DNA of 64,000 bases from an uncultured Thermotogae bacterium (GTDB taxonomy: Bacteria > Bipolaricaulota > Bipolaricaulia > UBA7950 > UBA9294), in the NCBI GenBank assembly GCA_964523545.1, contig CAZFZM010000010.1, positions 1,350 through 65,349 on the forward strand, given 5' to 3'. The translations under genes and the position numbers were made by a program. How positions within the stretch are numbered: the stretch's first letter is position 1; the number at the start of each line of letters is the position of its first letter. The notes under the pieces are model-generated. The model searched no databases. It saw only the letters and a list, made by a program, of their open reading frames with translations, and was not told where the DNA came from. Positions 16,918-23,053 of this stretch are shown one piece after another.

Positions 16918-17777
16918 TGAACCGGAAAGCTCCCCGGGGGATCAACCGCCTCCGCTTCGAACAGGCGGAGGGGGATGCGGATCGCCAGCTGGACGCCGGG
17001 AAAGTCGGGAACGTCGTAGACGTCGCCGCCCCGTTCGTCGAAGTAGAGGAGGGCCGAGCCGCTCCGAAGGGCGAACGCGCCGTCCCAGGAGCGAACGACG
17101 CCGACGATCCGCTGCAACTCGCCCCCGCGTCCGGCGTCCGCGAACCGGCTGAGCCCGTCGCGGAGGATCGAATCCAGCGCCTGCGAATCGGTGATCCCCT
17201 CGTAACCCTCTCGGAGGCCGAGGCTCCCGCGCAGGCCGATCCCCTTGTCGGCGACCGCCAGGAAGATCGAATCCTCGTAGTCCTGCATCGCGGCGATCCC
17301 GTGCGGGTCGGCGACGTCCCCCGTTGCGTTGCTGTGGTGCGGGATGTTCTGGAACAGCTCGATCATCATCGCCGTCAACGTCCGTCGCGACGACTCGGTC
17401 AGCGGATACCGCTCGACGAGCCGACGATGGAAGCCGTCGACGACACGCCCGATCCTCGTCTCGTCCGAGATCTCCGTGATCGGCTGCAGGGCGCTGCGAA
17501 CGTCCCTCGCCGAAGGTGGGGTCGTCTCCCCGATCTCGGCGAAGAACCCCATCGCGCGCATCCACCGCCGGACGACCGGTGCCTCGGGCCAGTTGATTCG
17601 AAGTCGCGTTCCACGAGATTCCGTCTCGAGGACGAGCAGATCGAGCAGCAGGAGGGCGTACGGGTCGACGAAGCGCACGCTCCGGAGATCGAACGATTCG
17701 ACCTCGTCCTCGAGGATTCCCTCGAGGACGCCGTCGATCGTTTCGACCGTCAATCGGGGCATTCCTCCGGTCGACAT
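16914..17777 (-). CDS. STAS-like N-terminal domain fused to a GHKL (SpoIIAB/RsbW-like) ATPase/kinase domain
   Basis: N-terminal part FDLRSVRFVDPYALLLLDLLVLE. N-box MMIELFQNIPHHSN, G1 box VADKGIGLRGSLG, G2-like AGRGGELQ. Confidence 0.6.
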   Translation of the reverse strand: MSTGGMPRLTVETIDGVLEGILEDEVESFDLRSVRFVDPYALLLLDLLVLETESRGTRLRINWPEAPVVRRWMRAMGFFAEIGETTPPSARDVRSALQPITEISDETRIGRVVDGFHRRLVERYPLTESSRRTLTAMMIELFQNIPHHSNATGDVADPHGIAAMQDYEDSIFLAVADKGIGLRGSLGLREGYEGITDSQALDSILRDGLSRFADAGRGGELQRIVGVVRSWDGAFALRSGSALLYFDERGGDVYDVPDFPGVQLAIRIPLRLFEAEAVDPPGSFPVQ

Positions 17778-17839
17778 GGCTCAGATCATACTGCGAAGAC
17801 GAACAATGCCGGGACGCGAAGCCGTCTTCGTCGGTGCCC

Positions 17840-17881
17840 TTGACGAAAGATCTTCCAAGGTGTATCGTACAGAGTACTCTG
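17840..17881 (+). promoter_or_regulatory. Promoter plus 12-bp palindromic operator candidate for the triplicated membrane-protein operon
   Basis: TTGACG(17840-45)-17 nt-TATCGT(17863-68). The perfect palindrome CAGAGTACTCTG (17870-17881) covers the expected start site. ATG at 17911 with GGGAGAG RBS. Confidence 0.45.
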
Positions 17882-17910
17882 CAACACAAAGTACTTGACG
17901 GGAGAGAACG

Positions 17911-18579
17911 ATGAACGCGCTGAACCTTCGCAACATCGAATCCAGAAGTTGGAAGACGATGCAGCAGAACGGCCTGTTCGACTTGTTCTTCGGCGTCGTC
18001 CTCTCGGCCAACGCGCTGTCGAACCTTCTCGATGAAGTCGACGTCGCCTCGGCAATCCGAATCGGCGCGACGCTTGCGTTGTACGCCGGAGGCGTCCTCG
18101 GATTCTGGCTCGCACGAAAGAGGTACGTCGCCCCACGGATCGGCGCCGTGAAGTTCGGACCCCAGCGACGTCACAGGATCCGTCAGGCGCGCATTGTCCT
18201 CGCTGTCAGCGTCACTCTGACACTGTCGCTCGCCGCTTTGGCGATGATCTCCCGACTCCCGCTGTCCGCCGGATTCGCCGCGCTAGGGAGCTACGCTCCC
18301 TCCGCGCTCATCGGAATCATGGTCTTGACCCCGTTGTCCGCGCTTGCCTATGCACTCGACTACCCCCGCATGGTGGTCCACGGAATGCTCTTCGTCGGTG
18401 CCGAGTTTGCCACCGTCGCGCTCGGGCAGTTGGCTCGGATGCCGGTGCCCGGGACGATCGCGTTCGGATCCGCCGCCACGGTCAGCCTGTCGATCGGGTT
18501 TGTCGTCTTCTCGAGGTTCCTTCGAACCGTCCCTCGTGTCCGAGGTCTCCCCGCTGAGGCGAACGTCCATGACCAATAA
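17911..18579 (+). CDS. Uncharacterised 6-TM membrane protein, paralog A
   Basis: MNALNLRNIESRSWKTMQQNGLFDLFFG, RKRYVAPRIGAVKFG, LDYPRMVVHG. Shares these motifs with the next two genes. Confidence 0.65.
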   Translation: MNALNLRNIESRSWKTMQQNGLFDLFFGVVLSANALSNLLDEVDVASAIRIGATLALYAGGVLGFWLARKRYVAPRIGAVKFGPQRRHRIRQARIVLAVSVTLTLSLAALAMISRLPLSAGFAALGSYAPSALIGIMVLTPLSALAYALDYPRMVVHGMLFVGAEFATVALGQLARMPVPGTIAFGSAATVSLSIGFVVFSRFLRTVPRVRGLPAEANVHDQ

Positions 18580-18621
18580 ACAGTGTTCGGTATCCATCCC
18601 CGTTTCCCTCGAGGAGTAATC

Positions 18622-19278
18622 ATGCAAGAACTCAATTTACGCACCATCGAAGCTCGAAGCTGGAAGGTCCGCCAGCAGGACGGCCTGTTCGACATCTACT
18701 TCGGGGCTCTGATGCTGGCGATCGCGGTCTCCGCGTTGACCGAGGTCCTCGGGGCAACCTCTCTCGTCCGCCTGCTCACCCTGATGGTTCTCCAGTTCTC
18801 GGCCGTCGGTGGATTCGCCCTCGCCAAGCGGCGATACGCAACGCCCCGCGTCGGAGCGGTGAAGTTCGGCGCCGCGCGCGTCCGGCGATCGCGCGCGTCG
18901 AGGATCGCTCTGCTCGTCTGCGTGCTCGCGACCGTCGCACTCGTCGTCCTGACAGCCGTCGGCCGGTCCCCCGTTGATCCCTTCGATCGACTCGGCCGCT
19001 TCGCCCTGCCGACGGTTGTGACGCTGATCGTTGGGATTCCGCTGACGGCCCTCGCGATCTTCCTCCAATTCGAACGAATTCTCCTTCACGCCGCTCTCTT
19101 CGCGGCCGCTGCCTTCGCACTCGCTGCGTCCGGGAAGAGCTTCATGGCTCCGATTCCCGGCGCGATCGCGTTCGGTGCCTCCGGCTTGATCAGTGTCGGG
19201 ATCGGCCTCGTCCTGTTCGTTCGCTTCGTGCGCCGGACCCCGCGCGAAAGGGAAGCGGTGCTTTCTGATGAAGGATAG
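18622..19278 (+). CDS. Uncharacterised 6-TM membrane protein, paralog B
   Basis: Track ORF 18583..19278 trimmed to ATG 18622 (GAGGAG 5 nt upstream). MQELNLRTIEARSWKVRQQDGLFDIYFG, KRRYATPRVGAVKFG, LQFERILLHA. Confidence 0.65.
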   Translation: MQELNLRTIEARSWKVRQQDGLFDIYFGALMLAIAVSALTEVLGATSLVRLLTLMVLQFSAVGGFALAKRRYATPRVGAVKFGAARVRRSRASRIALLVCVLATVALVVLTAVGRSPVDPFDRLGRFALPTVVTLIVGIPLTALAIFLQFERILLHAALFAAAAFALAASGKSFMAPIPGAIAFGASGLISVGIGLVLFVRFVRRTPREREAVLSDEG

Positions 19279-19897
19279 GGCCGGCCTGCGAGAGATCGAG
19301 AGGAAGGTCTGGCTCCGAACCTTCGAACACGGCCTGTGGGACCTTCTGATCGGTCTGTTTCTCGCCTCCTTCGGCGCATCGATCCTCACCGGCTTCTACG
19401 CGCTGTCGCCGATCTGGATCGCCGTTCTCTTCCCGCTCATGCAGCAGACCGGGCGACGGATTATCGCTCCGCGGATTGGCCACGCGACGTTCCGCGGACG
19501 TCGGAAGCGCAGCCTAGTTCACGTGCAGCTGATTCTCACCGCACTCGCGCTTGCCGGCGGCGGCATGTTCGCATTCACCGCCTTCGCGACGCGGGAGACG
19601 GCGCCCGACTGGGCGACCTGGGTGCGGTCGCACTTCATCGTGGTCATCGGGCTGATCTGGGGTGGAGCGCTCGCCGTCGCCGGCTGGGCCGTCGACTATC
19701 CACGCCTCTACGCGTACGGAGGGCTCCTGTTTGGGGCACTTCTCGCCGTCGATCTCGTGCCGACCGGCTACCACCTCGGGCACGCGCTGATCGGCGTCGG
19801 CGGACTGATCACGCTCGTCGGAGCCGGTCTGTTCTTCCGCTTTCTGCGGCGCTACCCGCGGCATCCCGAGCCCGTCGACGGAGTGGACGATGCCTAG
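19268..19897 (+). CDS. Uncharacterised 6-TM membrane protein, paralog C (most divergent)
   Basis: Track ORF 19193..19897 trimmed to ATG 19268 (overlaps the end of paralog B by 11 nt). MKDRAGLREIERKVWLRTFEHGLWDLLIG, RRIIAPRIGHATFRG, VDYPRLYAYG. Confidence 0.6.
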   Translation: MKDRAGLREIERKVWLRTFEHGLWDLLIGLFLASFGASILTGFYALSPIWIAVLFPLMQQTGRRIIAPRIGHATFRGRRKRSLVHVQLILTALALAGGGMFAFTAFATRETAPDWATWVRSHFIVVIGLIWGGALAVAGWAVDYPRLYAYGGLLFGALLAVDLVPTGYHLGHALIGVGGLITLVGAGLFFRFLRRYPRHPEPVDGVDDA

Positions 19898-20207
19898 AGA
19901 GCAAGGAGAGGGGGCCGGTTTCGAGATCGACCGAGCGATCCACGAGCCGGCGCGGCTGCTGATCACCGCACATCTCTACGTGGTCGAGTCCGCCGACTAC
20001 GTCTTTCTGATGCAGAACACCGGGCTGACGTGGGGAAACCTGTCGTCGCACCTCTCCAGGCTCGAGGCGGCCGGCTACGTCGAGATCACCAAGGAGTTCG
20101 TCGAACGGAAGCCGCACACCATGGTCAAGCTGACGGACGAAGGACGGTCCGCGTTCGACGCCTACCGGCGGCAGATGAAGGCACTGTTCGAAGATCTACC
20201 CGGTTGA
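19890..20207 (+). CDS. Small winged-helix transcriptional regulator (HTH_34-like)
   Basis: IHEPARLLITAHLYVV, TWGNLSSHLSRLEAAGYVEITKEFVERKPHTMVKLTDEGRSAF. The start overlaps the stop of paralog C (ATGCCTAG). Confidence 0.7.
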   Translation: MPREQGEGAGFEIDRAIHEPARLLITAHLYVVESADYVFLMQNTGLTWGNLSSHLSRLEAAGYVEITKEFVERKPHTMVKLTDEGRSAFDAYRRQMKALFEDLPG

Positions 20208-20240
20208 GGCAAGGCATCCCCGTTGACAAGGAGGTGAGCC

Positions 20241-20324
20241 ATGGAAGGAACGACCTGGATCCTGATCGCACTCGGCATCCTCGCCGTGATCGGAGCCATC
20301 GTGCTTCTGACGCAGGCGAAGTGA
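20241..20324 (+). CDS. 27-codon single-TM micropeptide candidate
   Basis: Below the track length cut-off. AAGGAGGTGA (20228-37) lies 3 nt before ATG 20241. MEGTTWILIALGILAVIGAIVLLTQAK*, stop TGA 20322-24. Followed by a terminator-like hairpin. Confidence 0.4.
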   Translation: MEGTTWILIALGILAVIGAIVLLTQAK

Positions 20325-20339
20325 TTCCAGACCGTGACG

Positions 20340-20377
20340 CCGCCCGGTCCACGCACTGACCGGGCGGTTCGTCCTGT
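20340..20377 (+). terminator. Terminator-like hairpin closing the plus-strand operon
   Basis: CCGCCCGGTC-(8 nt)-GACCGGGCGG (20340-49/20358-67) followed by TTCGTCCTGT, a weak U tract. It lies between convergent genes. Confidence 0.45.
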
Positions 20378-20419
20378 ACGCCACGTAGATCGGCCTCCTG
20401 TGCATCCACCGAAACTTCG

Positions 20420-21184
20420 CTATTCGCTCGGCGGCTCCTCAGGCGATTCCTCGGCTTCGCTCTCGGGAAGGGGCAGGTCCTCCTCGTTCTCCGTCGGAGC
20501 GGCGTCCCCGTCGTTCCCTCCGTGCGCACCGAACTGCACCGTCAGCGATGCGACCAGCCCGGTCAGCGTCCGTGGAGGGCCGGAGAACTCGACCTCTTCG
20601 AACGCCCACGGGTCGGTCAGCGCCCACAGGAATCCCACCTGGAATCGAGCGGCCATCCAGCTGAGCGGCCTCGCCTCGAACGCAACGTACGGCTGCAGCG
20701 CGTAGAACCCCTTGGTCATCGACGCGACGTACGGTGCGCCGACGGCGTCCTCGAACGAGTCCGGGAACCGATCGATCAGCCGGAGATCGAGGCTCCCTCC
20801 TCCCAGGACGGTGCCGAGGACGATCGTCAATCCGGAGTCGCTCGCGGCGACCTTCTCGACCAAGAGCCCGTAGGTTTCGATTCCGAAGCGAACGCTTCGC
20901 TCGCCGTCGATCGAAGTCGTCGTACCACTTCCGCCCATTCCTCCGAATCGGACGCCGTCGGACCGCCCGCCGTAGCCGCTTCCCCCCATCGTGAACAGTA
21001 CCTCGCTGATGCGGGGGTAGCCGGCGGCTGTCACCGCCGCGTTCAGTCCACTGAGATCCAGGAACAGGATCGACGGCATCGGTCCGCCGCCGCCGCCGGC
21101 TCCGTCGTGCGGGCCGTTCGCCCCGACCGCGCACGAAACCGCCAACAGCATCGCCATCGCCAGGATCAAACGTGAAGCTCGCAT
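20420..21184 (-). CDS. Putative lipoprotein / secreted Gly-rich protein with acidic C-terminal tail
   Basis: Track ORF 20420..21391 trimmed to ATG 21184 (GGAGGTG RBS). MRASRLILAMAMLLAVSC is lipobox-like. Gly-rich beta-type body. Tail EEDLPLPESEAEESPEEPPSE. Confidence 0.55.
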   Translation of the reverse strand: MRASRLILAMAMLLAVSCAVGANGPHDGAGGGGGPMPSILFLDLSGLNAAVTAAGYPRISEVLFTMGGSGYGGRSDGVRFGGMGGSGTTTSIDGERSVRFGIETYGLLVEKVAASDSGLTIVLGTVLGGGSLDLRLIDRFPDSFEDAVGAPYVASMTKGFYALQPYVAFEARPLSWMAARFQVGFLWALTDPWAFEEVEFSGPPRTLTGLVASLTVQFGAHGGNDGDAAPTENEEDLPLPESEAEESPEEPPSE

Positions 21185-21408
21185 CGGGACCACCTCCGTG
21201 TCTGCCGGGAGCGTAGCGACCCGATTCCGCCGAGACAAGACGACGAGCCGATTGAACCTCCCACAGCCTGCGCGGTGGCCTCTCGTACGACGTCCCCAGA
21301 ATGCGCCGCTGCCGGGTTGTGGGAGTTCCGGTCGGACGGTACGATCCGCGCCGCCGAGGCACGGGCGCGCGAAGAGCACGCCGAAGGGCACATCAAGGAG
21401 GTGCTGCC

Positions 21409-21756
21409 ATGGACGAACTCCGCCGTATTTCCCGGAAGAGGAAAGAAGCCTACACTTGGTTCCTCGCTCACAAGTCGAAGGGCTACCGTGCGATCGTGGA
21501 CATGGAAGCGGCCGTCTATCCCGACGGGGCCGTCAGCCGCAAGCACAAGGAGATGATGGCTACGGCAATCGCGGTGGTCATCAACTGCGAGTCGTGCATG
21601 CAATGGCACATCGAGAAGGCGGCCGAGGCCGGAGCAACGGTGGAAGAGCTCATCGAGACGATCGACGTCGCGATCGAGTTCGGCGCCGGTCCGGCGACCG
21701 TGGCGGCGCGCTTCGCGATGGACGTGATCAAGGACGTCTACGAAGAGGCCGCGTAG
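21409..21756 (+). CDS. Carboxymuconolactone decarboxylase/AhpD-like family protein
   Basis: Track ORF 21301..21756 trimmed to ATG 21409 (AAGGAGGTG RBS). KHKEMMATAIAVVINCESCMQWHIEKA contains the CxxC motif of AhpD-like proteins. Confidence 0.75.
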   Translation: MDELRRISRKRKEAYTWFLAHKSKGYRAIVDMEAAVYPDGAVSRKHKEMMATAIAVVINCESCMQWHIEKAAEAGATVEELIETIDVAIEFGAGPATVAARFAMDVIKDVYEEAA

Positions 21757-22105
21757 CCCCGGCGCTTCGGACCGGATTTCGGGCCGCCGGATGGAATCGA
21801 CTGCCCAGCCGGACCTACCGGAAGGAGAGCTTCACCGGTCCAAGGTCGACCCGGATGCTCCAGCCCGTCGGTTCTCTCGTGATCTGCAGGACGATGTTCA
21901 TGTTCCTCCTTCGTACGGAAGCAACGCTTGAGAGCCGGACACCTCTCGAACGGAGGCTGCCCGCCCCACGTCTCGGCTTCGTCTCACGACATCGATGAAT
22001 CTTCCTCCAAGCGCTCCGATCTTAGCGAAAAACCAAAGACAGCGCCGTTGCTCGAACGGCCGTGGTGTCGTCCGGCCGCTCGACGAGCGACCGAGCGACT
22101 CCTCC

Positions 22106-23053
22106 CTACCTGTACCGTATCCGCGGGTTGACGGCGGCGTACAGCAGGTCGGCGCCGAGGTTCGCGAAGACGACGCCGATCACCACAACGATCGCGATCG
22201 CCTGCATCAGCGGGACGTCGCGCCGGTCGATCGCGAACAGGAGCAGCCGGCCAAGTCCGGGGTAGTTGAACACGTTCTCGATCACGATGATCCCGCCGAT
22301 CAGCCAGCCGAAGCTGATCGCGACCACGGTGATCGTCGGCAGTAGGGCGTTCCGCAGGACGTGCTTGAACACGACGGTCCACCGCGGCAGCCCTTTCAGC
22401 ACCGCCGTACGGACGTACGGCCGACGCATCTGCTCGGCGACCTCGGCGCGGGTCAATCGGGCGATGTAGGCGAGGAGGACGAGCGTCGCCGTCAGCGCAG
22501 GCAGAATCAACGACGGCAGCGCCTCCCAGAAGCCGGTCCCCGGCGCGATCGGCGAGCTCGCCGGCAGGAGGTCCCAACGGTGGGCGAGCAGCTCGATCAG
22601 CAGGACGCCGGTGACGAACTCGGGCAGTCCGACGACGGCGAGACTCGCGAGGCTGATCGCGGAGTCGGCGAACCCGTGCTCCCGCAGCCCGGCCCAGACG
22701 CCGAGGAGGATCGAGAACGGAACCGCAAAGACGAGCGCCACGACCGCGAGCATCAGCGAGTTGCGGAGCCGCTCAACCACGAGGGGCCGGACGGGCAGGC
22801 CGGTCCCGAACGACTTCCCCCAGTCGCCCCGGACGAACCGGCCGAGCCACGATCCGTACTGCACGATCGCCGGCCGGTCGAGTCCGAGCTCGTCGCGCAG
22901 CGCGGCGACCGCCTCCTCGCCGGCCTCCCGTCCGAGGATCACCCGCGCCACGTCGCCGGGGAGGAACTGCGTCGCCGAGAAGATCAGCGCCGAGGTCAGC
23001 AGCAGGGTCAGGAAGAGGAAGCCGAGCCGCCGGAGGAGGATCCGCCCCATCAT
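22106..23053 (-). CDS. ABC peptide/nickel-type permease (DppB/OppB-like)
   Basis: Track ORF 22106..23146 trimmed to ATG 23053 (ATGA overlap with the upstream stop). MMGRILLRRLGFLFLTLLLTSALIFSATQFLPGDVARVILG. BPD-type permease core. Confidence 0.85.
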   Translation of the reverse strand: MMGRILLRRLGFLFLTLLLTSALIFSATQFLPGDVARVILGREAGEEAVAALRDELGLDRPAIVQYGSWLGRFVRGDWGKSFGTGLPVRPLVVERLRNSLMLAVVALVFAVPFSILLGVWAGLREHGFADSAISLASLAVVGLPEFVTGVLLIELLAHRWDLLPASSPIAPGTGFWEALPSLILPALTATLVLLAYIARLTRAEVAEQMRRPYVRTAVLKGLPRWTVVFKHVLRNALLPTITVVAISFGWLIGGIIVIENVFNYPGLGRLLLFAIDRRDVPLMQAIAIVVVIGVVFANLGADLLYAAVNPRIRYR

